A stretch of DNA of 64,000 nt from NCBI GenBank assembly GCA_041580775.1, contig JBFGDF010000001.1, positions 22,219-86,218 on the forward strand. The letters run 5' to 3'. Each line of letters starts with the position of its first letter. Position 1 is the stretch's first letter. This document shows, piece by piece, positions 1 through 12,428 of this stretch. The position numbers were made by a program, and so were the translations under genes. The DNA is from Gemmatimonadales bacterium. Lineage in GTDB: Bacteria; Gemmatimonadota; Gemmatimonadetes; Gemmatimonadales; GWC2-71-9. A model generated the notes under the pieces. That model saw nothing but the letters and a program-made list of their open reading frames with translations, ran no database searches and was not told the origin of the DNA.

Positions 1-1023
1 ACCGGGATCGTGTCGCGCCGCCCGCTGCATGAGGAAACCGAGGCGCAGCGCGCGGAGGATCGACCCGGACATGCCATCCGTGCCGAGACCCACCGCGCAG
101 CCCGCCTCCGCGGCCCCAGCCACGTCGAGCACGCCCACTCCGTTGTTGGCATTCGATTCCGGATTGTGGATGATCACGGCGTCGTGCGCCGCGATGGTCT
201 GGTAGTCCGCTGGCTCGAGGTGAATCCCGTGGGCCAGGAGGCTGCGGGCGTCGAGCAGGCCGTGGGCCTGCAGGCGCTGCACCGGGCCCGCCCCAAACTG
301 CTCCCGCGAGTACCGCACGTCGAGCGGATCTTCGGCGACGTGGATGTGGCAGCCGCCCTCGGCAGGCCGCCGCCGCGCTACCTCGGCCAGCGTCTCGTCG
401 CGCAGCGTGAAACTCGCGTGCAGGCCCAGGGTCCCCCGGATGCGCCGGTGCCCGCGGGTGGCGTCGAGAAACCGCAAGTTCTCCGCGAGGCCCGCCGCGG
501 CCCCGGCGGGTCCGTTCCGGTCGGTCACTTCGTAGCAAAGCACCGCCGACAGCCCGCAGGCGTCCACCGCCTCGGCGAGGCGGTCGAGACTGCCCGCAAT
601 GGCGTTCGGCGATGCGTGGTGATCGAACACCGTCGTGCACCCTGCCCGGATGCAATCGGCCAGCGCGAGCTCGGCGGAGATGCGGATCGCCTCGGCATCC
701 AGCGCCCGATCCAGCCGCCACCACAAGCGGTCCAACACCTGGCCGAAATCGGCGAGGGACGCCCGGGGGTCGAGGCCGCGGGCGAGCGCCGAGTAGAAGT
801 GATGGTGAAGGTTCACGAGGCCCGGCAGGATGAGGCCGCCGCGGGCGTCGAGTACGCGGGCCCCGGGGTACCCGCGGCGCAGGTCCGCCTGCGAGCCGAC
901 CGCCACGATGCGCTCGCCCTCCCACGCCACCGCGCCATTACCGATCACGACCGGCCGGTCGTCGTCCTGGCCGAGTGCTCCGCCGAACACGGTGCCGTTG
1001 GCGACGAGCACCGTCGCGCTCAC
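1..1023 (-). CDS. ssnA: SsnA-like aminohydrolase (amidohydrolase superfamily); 3' end runs off the window
   Basis: Not in the ORF track because it is open at the window edge. My translation of the minus strand from GTG at 1023 gives VSATVLVANGTVFGG...LILPGLVNLHHHFYSALARG...LWWRLDRALD...FDHHASP...EVTDRNG...HIHVAEDP...GTDG. The HxH metal site and the LWWRLDRALD/DHHASP/TDRN blocks match E. coli SsnA as I remember it. GTGA start/stop overlap with the upstream ORF. Confidence 0.8.
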   Translation of the reverse strand, partial: MSATVLVANGTVFGGALGQDDDRPVVIGNGAVAWEGERIVAVGSQADLRRGYPGARVLDARGGLILPGLVNLHHHFYSALARGLDPRASLADFGQVLDRLWWRLDRALDAEAIRISAELALADCIRAGCTTVFDHHASPNAIAGSLDRLAEAVDACGLSAVLCYEVTDRNGPAGAAAGLAENLRFLDATRGHRRIRGTLGLHASFTLRDETLAEVARRRPAEGGCHIHVAEDPLDVRYSREQFGAGPVQRLQAHGLLDARSLLAHGIHLEPADYQTIAAHDAVIIHNPESNANNGVGVLDVAGAAEAGCAVGLGTDGMSGSILRALRLGFLMQRAARHDPG

Positions 1024-3128
1024 GATATCCCCGCCGGATTGACGACGTTCGGCACCCGTGACGCGAAGATGCTCTCCCACGCCGTGCGCATCCGCCACAG
1101 CAGCGCCGTGTCGACAGCCGCGTCCGGATCGGCCTCGCCCGACAGGACGTCGAGTCCGGGCCATGCCACGTCCAGCCGCAGCCCCGGTCCGACGATCGTG
1201 GCGTGTCCGGTCTCCGGGCTCAGGTCGGCCCGCCACACCGCGCCGTCCACTCGGGCATGGAGCACGCCGTCCTCGCGGCAGAACCCGTCGAGGTCCGCGC
1301 ACCGCTCGAAGTCCGCCCGCGACCCGAACACCCGCTCCTTCACAATGAAGGGGGCTCCCCGTTCCGGGCAGTACACCTCGCAGTTCGAGCACGCGTTGCA
1401 TGCTCCTTCATAGACCGCCAGCTGGTGGGCGTCGCGGATCGCGAACCCCGCCCCGGGCTCGCGCCGAAGGCCCGCCGGCCCCGCGCGCACCCGCTCTGTG
1501 GGGACCTCCACGGGACTGACCTGGTAGGCGAACATCGCGTCGTTGGGGCACGCGGGAATGCACAGATCGCAGTTGATGCAGTCGTAGCGCGCGAGCGTAC
1601 GCTCGAGCCGCCGAGGGCCTTTGGCGTTGGCGCGGGCGTGGTACCGTGGATCATCGGACAGGGCGTCGACGATCGCCCGCCCGTTGCGCCGCCCTGCAAC
1701 CGCCACCACCGCGGACACGAGCCGCTCGGGATCGAGGCCGTGAGTCGTGGCGAGCGCCCGGAGCACGCTCGGCAGCTCGTCCGGCCGCTCCCGGGCGACC
1801 GAAGCGATCGCGCCGTGCGCACTCCCCCACACGGCCTTCCCTGCCTCGCCCTGCCCGAGTGCCTCCTCGGCGGCGGCCTCCCCGTGCCCGCCGGCCGCCA
1901 GCACGTAGGCCTCGCGGGTGGTCACACCGAGCTGCGTCATGGCGCGCCCGAGGGTCCGCAGGTACGCCGGCAGGCGGCCGTAGCCGCCCTGGCGGAGCAG
2001 ATCCGTGCACGTCGTCACGGGCACCATGCCACAGGCCACCGCGGCGGGGAAGTTGGTCGCGTCGATTCCGGCCGAGAAGGAGACGGGAAACGCGAACCCT
2101 GCGTCCTCCCGCACACGCTGCATCAGCGTCATCGCGATCACATGCAGCGGCGGTCCCGACAGGTACATGTACGGATCGGTCTGCGTGGGGAAGATGTCGG
2201 GTGCGTTTTCCACCACCAGCGTGTTGGTGAACTTGGCGCCGATCGTGGAGCCGCACCGCGCGGCGACCGCGCGAAGCCGGTGAAGGATGGCGAGCGCATC
2301 ATCGTACTGTAGGTCCTTGTCGAAGGCCTCGCGCCGCAGGGCGAACTGTCGGTACCCCAGGCGCTCGTGCAGCAGGTGCTCGACCTGCTCGAATCCCAGC
2401 AGCGTCGGATTCAGCTTGACGATCGTGCTGAGCCCGCGTTCCTCGAGCAGATAAGAGGCGATCGCCTCGATCTGCTCCGCGGGACAGCCGTGGAACGTCG
2501 AGAGCGTGACCGCATCGGCGACCGGCGCCGGCGGAACCAGGTCGCGGTAGGGCGTGAGCTCGCCGTCCAGCTGCGAGCGCAGCTCGTCGTACAGCCGCTC
2601 GGGTGCGCGCAGCGTATCGAGAAACCGGGTGACCTGGGCCGACCGTATGCCCTCCAGGTCGTAGCCCACGCTGATGTCGAATACCGTGTCGAATTGGGCC
2701 GACGCGGCGTCGTGCAGTACCCCGAAGGCCCGGGTGGTCCGGAGAATGGCGATGAGGTAGGCGGCCTTGGCGTACTCTCGCGCCGACTCCTCGACGCGGA
2801 GCTCCTGCGACCACTCCACGTTGAGCCCGACGTTGGGGGCGTGGATGCACGGGCGGGGGATCTCGAGCCGGTCGTCGACCTGCACCGTCTTGAGCTCGAG
2901 GATCCGCGCGCCCGCGAGCCACGCCAGCACCAGGTTCTGCGCCAGCTGGGTGTGAGGGCCGGCCGCCGGGCCAACCGGCGTGGCCGCCCGCCGGCCCGCA
3001 TGCACCACCCCGAGATCGGGCCCCGCTTCGGGGTGAAACCACTTGCGGACGGGCAGGTCGAAGATGGCCTCGCTCGCCTCGAGCTCGGATCGCATCCGGC
3101 GCACCAGGTCCGCGAACGGAATCGGCAC
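1020..3128 (-). CDS. YgfK-like Fe-S oxidoreductase (N-terminal TIM-barrel-like region plus two 4Fe-4S motifs; apparently lacks the central GltD-like flavin/NAD(P) module)
   Basis: 702-aa ORF with a GTG start. The N-terminus MPIPFADLV...TPVGPAAGPHTQLAQNLV...ELKTVQ resembles the E. coli YgfK N-terminus from memory. C-terminal ferredoxin motifs are CINCDLCIPACP and CNACSNCEVYCP. Confidence 0.6.
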   Translation of the reverse strand: MPIPFADLVRRMRSELEASEAIFDLPVRKWFHPEAGPDLGVVHAGRRAATPVGPAAGPHTQLAQNLVLAWLAGARILELKTVQVDDRLEIPRPCIHAPNVGLNVEWSQELRVEESAREYAKAAYLIAILRTTRAFGVLHDAASAQFDTVFDISVGYDLEGIRSAQVTRFLDTLRAPERLYDELRSQLDGELTPYRDLVPPAPVADAVTLSTFHGCPAEQIEAIASYLLEERGLSTIVKLNPTLLGFEQVEHLLHERLGYRQFALRREAFDKDLQYDDALAILHRLRAVAARCGSTIGAKFTNTLVVENAPDIFPTQTDPYMYLSGPPLHVIAMTLMQRVREDAGFAFPVSFSAGIDATNFPAAVACGMVPVTTCTDLLRQGGYGRLPAYLRTLGRAMTQLGVTTREAYVLAAGGHGEAAAEEALGQGEAGKAVWGSAHGAIASVARERPDELPSVLRALATTHGLDPERLVSAVVAVAGRRNGRAIVDALSDDPRYHARANAKGPRRLERTLARYDCINCDLCIPACPNDAMFAYQVSPVEVPTERVRAGPAGLRREPGAGFAIRDAHQLAVYEGACNACSNCEVYCPERGAPFIVKERVFGSRADFERCADLDGFCREDGVLHARVDGAVWRADLSPETGHATIVGPGLRLDVAWPGLDVLSGEADPDAAVDTALLWRMRTAWESIFASRVPNVVNPAGIS

Positions 3129-3179
3129 CAGCTCGGCTATGGTGTCACCTCTCCAGCCCGGCGTCCGCGGAATGAAGCG

Positions 3180-5840
<2,661 letters not shown>

Positions 5841-5927
5841 CCGAATCCCTGCGCGGGGGTACGCTGCAACATACTAGGGCGCGCCGGGAGACCGCGCCAT
5901 CCGGGTCGCGGGACGCAGCGCACCCGC

Positions 5928-6500
5928 CTACCCGTTGTAGATCTCGCCTCCCCGCTCCCGGTACAACGCGAGCACCGCCGCCGCTTCCGCTCCCAGCACG
6001 CCGCGCACGGACTCGACCCCGCGATCGCGGAGATACTGGTAGGACTCGGGAAACACGGGGCCCTCGTCGAACCCGACCCGGCGCGCCTCGGCGCGACCGG
6101 CGCCGGCGACGATGCGCCGGACTCCGGACCACAGGGCGCCGCCCAGACACATGGCGCAGGGGTCACACGAGGTCACGAGCTCGTGGGCCGGCCCGTCGAA
6201 AAGCGCGAGCGAGTAGTGGCCCAGCCGGCGCTCGGCCAGCATGAGCGCCACCATCTCGGCGTGCAACATCGAGTTCCGGTCGCGGGTGACCAGGTTCACG
6301 CCGACGGCCACCAGCCGGCCCGTGTCCCGCTCGAACACCGCGGCCCCGAACGGACCACCGGTGGCGTGCTCGACGTTGGCTCGTGCCAGCTGGATCGCGA
6401 GCCGCATCCGGTCCTCGACATCCCCGTAGGCGCGGTCCCACGCCACAGCCGACGCCACCCAATCCGGAAGGTGAATCCGGATCTCGTGGGGGGGCGGCAT
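5928..6500 (-). CDS. CDA-fold zinc deaminase (guanine/nucleoside deaminase-like)
   Basis: HAEMVAL and PCAMCLGA zinc motifs. The ORF-track ORF extends to 6824, but its first 108 residues are Arg-rich junk. I place the start at ATG 6500 (MPPPHEIRIHLPDW). Confidence 0.7.
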   Translation of the reverse strand: MPPPHEIRIHLPDWVASAVAWDRAYGDVEDRMRLAIQLARANVEHATGGPFGAAVFERDTGRLVAVGVNLVTRDRNSMLHAEMVALMLAERRLGHYSLALFDGPAHELVTSCDPCAMCLGGALWSGVRRIVAGAGRAEARRVGFDEGPVFPESYQYLRDRGVESVRGVLGAEAAAVLALYRERGGEIYNG

Positions 6501-6774
6501 CTTCACGCGACGACCAGCGGCCGTCGGGCCTGTAGGCTGCGCATGTCGGAAGGCCACTCCAAGGGCTCGACCGTAAGATGGAGCGAAGCGCACCCCGGGA
6601 CCAGCGCGCGGGCCCTGATTGTCGACCGCGGCCCGCTTACGCGCAAGAGCGCGCGTGCCCCATCGTCGGGTGGAGGGCGCTGGGTGCTGCCACAGCGTCA
6701 CACTCGCCAGACGGGGCAACGCGGCCCCTCGATGACGTCGAACCAGCGGTCGAACGGCGCCATGGGCTGGGCCG

Positions 6775-7398
6775 TCAGAAGCTGATCTTCTCCGTGCATC
6801 GAATCGAGGCGGGGTCTTCCCCATCCCACACGCATCTGTCGACGCCGCTGTACGCGGCTCGCTTGCCGTCCGTCCGCACCAGACGCCCCTGGGCCGCGAG
6901 CCCGAAGGCGTTCACGTGCCGGCTGGGATCCAGGAACGCCAGCAGGTCGTTGTCCGTGTAGGTGAGATTCCCCGTTCCCTCAGCGACTTTTCGCTCCAGC
7001 AGCGCGTCGCAGCCGAGCCCCGCCGCGACCCAGCCTGCGGGGTCTCGGTAGACGGCGATGTGCACCCCCCGACCCTGGACGAGTTCGATGACACGCCCGG
7101 CGACCGGGTCGTCAGTGTTGTTCAGGAGGTCCTGCACGTCCAGGAACGAGTAGAAGGTGGGCGTTGCATTGCAGCCGAACTGCCCGTCCGTTGCGGCCTG
7201 GATCGAGAACAGGCTTCGGTCCCAGTCCACGATGAAGTACCCGAACACATCCTGGAACCGCACGATGCGCGGGTGCGCGTTGTCCGGGTTGTTCGTGAAG
7301 TTGAGGCTGACGCCTTCTGCCGCCGTGGGGGGGACGGTCCCGCGGTCGCACGCGACGAGCAGTAGGAGCGGGACGAGGGTGAGGGGGGACGTTCGCAT
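6775..7398 (-). CDS. Lipoprotein of unknown function
   Basis: 207-aa ORF with a signal peptide and lipobox (MRTSPLTLVPLLLLVAC). GGAGG lies 4 nt upstream of the ATG. No family recognised. Confidence 0.6.
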   Translation of the reverse strand: MRTSPLTLVPLLLLVACDRGTVPPTAAEGVSLNFTNNPDNAHPRIVRFQDVFGYFIVDWDRSLFSIQAATDGQFGCNATPTFYSFLDVQDLLNNTDDPVAGRVIELVQGRGVHIAVYRDPAGWVAAGLGCDALLERKVAEGTGNLTYTDNDLLAFLDPSRHVNAFGLAAQGRLVRTDGKRAAYSGVDRCVWDGEDPASIRCTEKISF

Positions 7399-7536
7399 GG
7401 CAGCCTCCGACGTGAGGGGTGGGCTCGCACCGGCGGCGCGGGATCCCGCGATCCGCCAGGGCGCGATCCTACGGAGGCCGCGTCAAGCAGCCGTCAAGTC
7501 ACGGGCGGAGGCTCGGATAGGCAGGCGCGCTTTGCG

Positions 7537-9078
7537 TCACTGGGCGCGCCGCGGGTAGTCCTGTGCACCCTCGAGCGACCAGCGGAGGAAGGCGCGCAGA
7601 TCGTCGTTTGTGCGGGCCAGATCAGCCTTGCGCAGATACATCATGTGCCCGCTCTCGTACCACGCGAACCGGAATCGATCGCGGAATTCTCCGCCCGGCT
7701 GGAGATGCGAGATGGTGTACACGGCGCCGTAGTAGTCCGTCGCCGCGTCGTAGTAGCCGCCCTGGATCAGCACCTTGAGATAGGGGTTGTTCCGCATCGC
7801 CTGGCGCAGCATGTCGCCCACACTCACCGATGCCTCGCGGTTCCAGGGCCGAACGTCACCCCACACGTTGTACGCGAGATCGGGGTTGTAGCGCAGCTCC
7901 TCACGCAGGTAGCGGTTCACCGCGTTGCTGAACGCGCCATTCCAATCCGCGATGGCCGGATCGTACTCGGGGTTCTCCCCGGCGGCGTCCCGATCGATGC
8001 CGAGATAGCGGCTGTCCAGCCGGCCCACCGTGAGGCGCCGGTCGCGCAGCAGCTCCTTCCAGAAACGGCGCGGCTCCAGCCGGAGATTCGCCGCCAGCAC
8101 GTACGCCGGCGTCACGCCGGTGTAGCGGGCCACCCGGCCGGCCACGGCGGTCCGCTCGGCGTCACTCAGCCGATCGCCCCGCACGAGCGCCTGGAGGTAG
8201 TCGCCGAGCGCGAAGGTCTCGACCTCGGCCAGGACGTCCGTCAACGCACGTGCCTGGAGCTCGGGCCCCAACTGGCGGTGATACCACGCCGTCGCGGCGG
8301 CCTGCGGCAGGAACGTGGCGTGCGACACGTCGGGCCCGGACTCCACGTCGAGACCGGTCATGGACACCAGAATGATGCCGTTGAGGTAGATCTGGTGTCG
8401 GCTCTGCAGGTAGCCGGCGAGCCCCGATGCGCGGGTCGTGCCGTAGCTCTCGCCGATCAGGAACTTGGGCGACATCCAGCGGTTCTTCCGCACGATGTAC
8501 AGCCGGATGAATTCGGCCACCGACTGGATGTCGGCCATTTTGCCGTGGTACGCGTGGAGGTCCTCGCCTTCCACCATCCGGCTGAAGCCGGTGGCGATGG
8601 GATCGATGTAGACGATGTCGGCGGCGTCGAGAATCGAGTGCGGGTTGTCTTCCAGCCCGCCGGGCGGGCGCAGCGCGAACCCTTCGTCGTCGTACACGAC
8701 GCGGCGCGGCCCCGTGTACCCCAGGTGCATCCAGACCGACGCCGTGCCGGGTCCGCCGTTGAACGAGAAGATCAGAGGTCGCGTGCTCGGGTCCGAGACC
8801 CCGGCTCGCGTGTAGGCCACGTAAAACATCTTCGCCCGGACCCTCCCGTCCTCCCGGATCGGCAGCCACCCGGCTTCGGCGGTGTAGTTCACCATCTGCC
8901 CGTTGATGCGCTTGGCATGCTGCGTGACGACCGGCTCCGCGGGCAGGAGCTCCGCCTCGGCACCCGCTTTGCCGGCTGCCTCCTGGCCCGCACCGCGCGG
9001 TGCCTGCGCGGCGGACGGCGCGACGGCAAAGCCAACCATCAGCATCGACAGGACAGACAACAGACCTCGGACGCGCAT
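7537..9078 (-). CDS. Secreted serine carboxypeptidase (peptidase S10-like)
   Basis: FSFNGGPGTASVWMHLG and GESYGTTRA blocks. Signal peptide from the internal start MRVRGLLSVLSMLMVGFAVAPSAAQA (ATG 9078). AGGAGGAA lies 4 nt upstream. Confidence 0.7.
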   Translation of the reverse strand: MRVRGLLSVLSMLMVGFAVAPSAAQAPRGAGQEAAGKAGAEAELLPAEPVVTQHAKRINGQMVNYTAEAGWLPIREDGRVRAKMFYVAYTRAGVSDPSTRPLIFSFNGGPGTASVWMHLGYTGPRRVVYDDEGFALRPPGGLEDNPHSILDAADIVYIDPIATGFSRMVEGEDLHAYHGKMADIQSVAEFIRLYIVRKNRWMSPKFLIGESYGTTRASGLAGYLQSRHQIYLNGIILVSMTGLDVESGPDVSHATFLPQAAATAWYHRQLGPELQARALTDVLAEVETFALGDYLQALVRGDRLSDAERTAVAGRVARYTGVTPAYVLAANLRLEPRRFWKELLRDRRLTVGRLDSRYLGIDRDAAGENPEYDPAIADWNGAFSNAVNRYLREELRYNPDLAYNVWGDVRPWNREASVSVGDMLRQAMRNNPYLKVLIQGGYYDAATDYYGAVYTISHLQPGGEFRDRFRFAWYESGHMMYLRKADLARTNDDLRAFLRWSLEGAQDYPRRAQ

Positions 9079-9180
9079 CGGATTCCTCCTGAGTGACGGC
9101 AGATACGCTAGCGCCGGAGCGGCATGGTTGCAATCGGTGCGCGGCAGCCCGTTCATTGGGGGAACCCCAAGGAGGGAGCC

Positions 9181-9855
9181 ATGTCTCAGTCATCGCCGGC
9201 GCGCCGCCCGTCCGGACCCCGGGAGCCGGTCCGCGCCCTGGTCTTCGCCGCATCGCTCCGTAAGGACTCGCTCAACGCCAAACTCGCCGAGCTGGCCGCC
9301 GCTGTGGTGGAGGCGCACGGCGGCAGCGTGGACCGCGCGACGATGCGTGAGTTCGACGGGCCGTCCTACGACGCGGACGCGCAACAGGCCAGCGGGTTCC
9401 CGCCGGGTGCCGAGGCGTTTCGCCGGCGCGTCGAAGCGAGCGACTGCCTCGTCATCGCCTCGCCCGAATACAACTTCTCCATGCCGGGCGCCCTCAAGAA
9501 CGCCATCGATTGGGTCTCGCGCTTCCGCCCACAGCCGTTCAACGAGCGCCACGCGCTGCTGCTCTCGGTCTCCCCTTCGATGGTCGGCGGCAATCGGGGG
9601 TTGTGGGCCCTGCGGGTGCCGCTCGAGCACCTGGGCACGCGCGTGTACCCGGACATGTTCTCGCTGGCGCAGGCACACCAGGCGTTTGACGCGAACGGCC
9701 GCATCGCCAATGCGCAGCTGCAGGAGCGCTTCGAGCGTACGGTGGCCGGATTCCTCGACCTCGTCGAGGCCGCCAAGCACTACCCCTGCGCCAAGAAAGC
9801 GTGGATCGAGTTCCTGGGGGAGCACCCCGATCCGGCAACCGATCGCGTCGAGTGA
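9181..9855 (+). CDS. NAD(P)H-dependent FMN reductase family protein
   Basis: LVFAASLRKDSLNAKLA...IASPEYNFSMPGALKNAIDWVSR. RBS GGAGGGAG at 9171-9178 points to ATG 9181 rather than the ORF-track start at 9124. Confidence 0.75.
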   Translation: MSQSSPARRPSGPREPVRALVFAASLRKDSLNAKLAELAAAVVEAHGGSVDRATMREFDGPSYDADAQQASGFPPGAEAFRRRVEASDCLVIASPEYNFSMPGALKNAIDWVSRFRPQPFNERHALLLSVSPSMVGGNRGLWALRVPLEHLGTRVYPDMFSLAQAHQAFDANGRIANAQLQERFERTVAGFLDLVEAAKHYPCAKKAWIEFLGEHPDPATDRVE

Positions 9856-11006
9856 TTCCCGTCGCCGTGCTGGTCGTCGCAGCGGTACTCCTAATGATGC
9901 TGGCGGTCCCTGTCGCGATCGACGCATTCGCCAACCGGCGGGGACGGGCGGAGTTGGCGTCCGTGTCGCCCGCCGCGCGCACACTGCACGCGCGCCTCTG
10001 GATTGCCGACCTCCACGCCGATTCACTGCTCTGGCATCGCAACCTGCTCGTGGAGCACCGGCGCGGGCATGTCGATCTGCCACGCCTCTTTCGGGGGAAC
10101 GTCGCCCTCCAGGTCTTCACGGTCGTGTCGAAGGTCCCGTTCGGCCTCAACTTCGAGAGCAACGCGGCAACGACCGACATGATCACGCCGCTCACCGTGC
10201 TGCAGCGACGGCCGGTGGCGACATGGTTCAGCCTGTACGCTCGAGCGCAGCACGAGGCGCGCCGACTGCACGCGTTCGCCGCTGCCTCGGATGGCCGGTT
10301 GGCGGTGGTGACGACTGCGCGAGACGTCGAGGCGCTGGCCGCGCGACGCGCGCGCGGCGAGCGCCTGGTGGGCGGCCTCCTCGGCATCGAAGGTGCGCAG
10401 GTGCTCGAGGGGAAGATGGCGAATCTCGACACCCTGTTTGCCGCGGGCTTTCGACTGCTGGCGCTGACGCACTTCTTCGACACGGACGTTGCCGGGTCGG
10501 CCCACGGGGTGCGCAAGGGCGGGCTCACGCCGCTGGGCCGGCAAGTCGTGCCGCGTATGGAGCAGCTGGGGATGATCGTCGACCTCGCGCACGCGTCGTC
10601 CGCCACGATCGACGACGTGACCGCACTCGCCAGCAGGCCCGTGCTGGTCTCTCACACGGGCGTCGTCGGCACCCGTCCGACCCCCCGCAACCTCACCGAT
10701 GCGCAGCTCGACCGGGTCGCGGCCACCGGCGGGCTGATCGGCATCACATTCTTCCCTCACGCCGTGGGCGGGAGGGACGTGGACGCCATCGTGCGGGCCA
10801 TCCGTCATACCGTGGACCGGGTCGGCGTCACCCACGTGGCACTCGGCTCCGATTTCGACGGCGCCGTACGCACGCCGTTCGACGCTGCCGGCCTTCCGGT
10901 GCTGACGGACGCATTGCTGGCCGGCGGGTTCGGCGACGAGGAAATCGCGGCCATCATGGGCGAGAACGTGCGGCGCTTCCTGCTGGCGACCCTGCCGCGC
11001 GATTAG
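9852..11006 (+). CDS. Membrane dipeptidase (peptidase M19)
   Basis: DLHADSLLW, LTHFFDTD, DLAHAS, VSHTG and GSDFDG blocks. N-terminal TM segment. GTG 9852 overlaps the upstream stop (GTGA). The alternative start at 9801 is less likely. Confidence 0.75.
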   Translation: MIPVAVLVVAAVLLMMLAVPVAIDAFANRRGRAELASVSPAARTLHARLWIADLHADSLLWHRNLLVEHRRGHVDLPRLFRGNVALQVFTVVSKVPFGLNFESNAATTDMITPLTVLQRRPVATWFSLYARAQHEARRLHAFAAASDGRLAVVTTARDVEALAARRARGERLVGGLLGIEGAQVLEGKMANLDTLFAAGFRLLALTHFFDTDVAGSAHGVRKGGLTPLGRQVVPRMEQLGMIVDLAHASSATIDDVTALASRPVLVSHTGVVGTRPTPRNLTDAQLDRVAATGGLIGITFFPHAVGGRDVDAIVRAIRHTVDRVGVTHVALGSDFDGAVRTPFDAAGLPVLTDALLAGGFGDEEIAAIMGENVRRFLLATLPRD

Positions 11007-11041
11007 GGGGAACTGAGTTCGGGCGGACGTCGGCCAGTGAT

Positions 11042-11115
11042 GGGGCGGGACTGGCGCAGCGCGACTCCCCGGAGTGGTGGCGGTCGTGGAGTCGAGCCCG
11101 AGCCGGTCCCGCCCC
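11042..11115. terminator. Nested inverted repeats between convergent genes (possible bidirectional terminator)
   Basis: GGGGCGGGAC (11042-11051) pairs with GTCCCGCCCC (11106-11115) and can extend to 13 bp with one G-U. Inner pair CGACTCC (11062-11068) / GGAGTCG (11088-11094). No T-tract. Confidence 0.3.
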
Positions 11116-11145
11116 ACCACGACGCCAATCCCCCGTGGACCTTCG

Positions 11146-12228
11146 CTAGATCACGAGCTGGAGTCTCCGCACCACCGGCTCCTCCGCGGCCTCCGGCTCC
11201 CCGCGCTCGGCCTGGCGCATCAGCCGCCAGATCTCGCGGCCCAGCACGTCCGCATCCGTGGACATGAACTGCTCGCCGCCGAACGCCCGGATCTGCCGGG
11301 TCTGCGTCTCCAGAATCTCCGCATCCTGACGGAAGATCTTGAGCGCGATCGGTTGGAGCACCGGTTTCACCAGCCAGCCGGGGATTCGCACCCGGAGACT
11401 GATCACGGCATAGAGGCGGGTGACAAAATCGGTGACGGGCGTGCACAGCGACGTCACCAGCACGTGGTTCTCGGGACCCAACCGGTACTCGACCTGCGCG
11501 ATGGACGGGAGGATGAAACGGTCGACGTGTTCCACGGTGCCGCCACTGGGCGACAGCACCCGACCGGCCAGCCCCGGCGGGCGCGGCTCCCCCAGGTACT
11601 CCGCCTCCACCCGATCGGCCCACCGCCGCACTTCGACGTCGATGGGGTTGGGCTCACCCTTGCCGCGGAAGAGACCCTTGTGCAGGAACGCCGTATGCGG
11701 GACGTCGAGCGCGTTTTCGATCGTCGCGTGCACCGAGGCCTCGACCTCAAAGGTGCGGACGACCGTGGTATACGTCGGGTCGGACGCGAGGGGGAGCGGG
11801 AACGGTTCAGTGGTCGGCTCCACGGCGGGCCGGGGATACACCCAGACGAAGCCTCCGCGCTCGCGCACCGGGTACGCCTCGACCCGACGGCCCTTGGCCT
11901 CGCCCGTGTCCCGCAGGCCGGGCACCAGCCGGCAGGCGCCGGTCACATCGAACTGCCAGCCGTGGTAACAGCACTCCAAGTGCCCGGACGCGACCACGCG
12001 ACCCAACGACAGCTGGACGTTGCGGTGGGGGCAGCGGTCCAGCAGCGCGCCCACGCCGCCGCCAGCATCGCGAAACAGGACGAGCGGCACGCCGAGCACC
12101 ACGCGCCGCAGCGGCGTGGCGCGCAACTCCGTGGACCGGCACGCCACATACCAATAGTCCGGCAGCTGCGCCACCGACACGTGCCCGCGGGCGGTCGGCG
12201 GCGCGAGATGCGGCTCCAGCTCAGCCAT
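11146..12228 (-). CDS. Rieske [2Fe-2S] non-heme iron oxygenase (PaO/KshA-like)
   Basis: Rieske motif CPHRNVQLS...CCYHGWQF and mononuclear-iron motif DVPHTAFLH. Real start is ATG 12228 (MAELEPHL). The 916-aa ORF-track extension upstream is antisense read-through of the kinase gene. Confidence 0.8.
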   Translation of the reverse strand: MAELEPHLAPPTARGHVSVAQLPDYWYVACRSTELRATPLRRVVLGVPLVLFRDAGGGVGALLDRCPHRNVQLSLGRVVASGHLECCYHGWQFDVTGACRLVPGLRDTGEAKGRRVEAYPVRERGGFVWVYPRPAVEPTTEPFPLPLASDPTYTTVVRTFEVEASVHATIENALDVPHTAFLHKGLFRGKGEPNPIDVEVRRWADRVEAEYLGEPRPPGLAGRVLSPSGGTVEHVDRFILPSIAQVEYRLGPENHVLVTSLCTPVTDFVTRLYAVISLRVRIPGWLVKPVLQPIALKIFRQDAEILETQTRQIRAFGGEQFMSTDADVLGREIWRLMRQAERGEPEAAEEPVVRRLQLVI

Positions 12229-12428
12229 CGACGGCCCGCAGCCTCGGGAGCACCGCCGCCGAGGCGCCGAGCAGGGCGAGTCGGGTGCACATGAGGTCCT
12301 CCCGTGCGTGAGGAGCACGCCACCGGCGCCGGTGCGGGGACGGATCACCCTTGCGGCTACCGCGACGAATTCACTGGATTGGGCGAAGGTAAAGGCGGGG
12401 ACGAGGGCCCGCCAGCGACCATACGTCG

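Noticed and set aside
10-1413. 467-aa plus-strand ORF covering the left edge.
   Set aside because: Arg/Pro/His-rich sequence with no motifs. The opposite strand encodes a clearly recognisable SsnA-like amidohydrolase and the end of the YgfK-like gene. This is a typical shadow ORF of GC-rich DNA.
8903-11149. 748-aa plus-strand ORF spanning several genes.
   Set aside because: It runs across the S10 peptidase (antisense), the FMN reductase and the M19 dipeptidase in a wrong frame. The composition is Arg/Ala/Pro junk.
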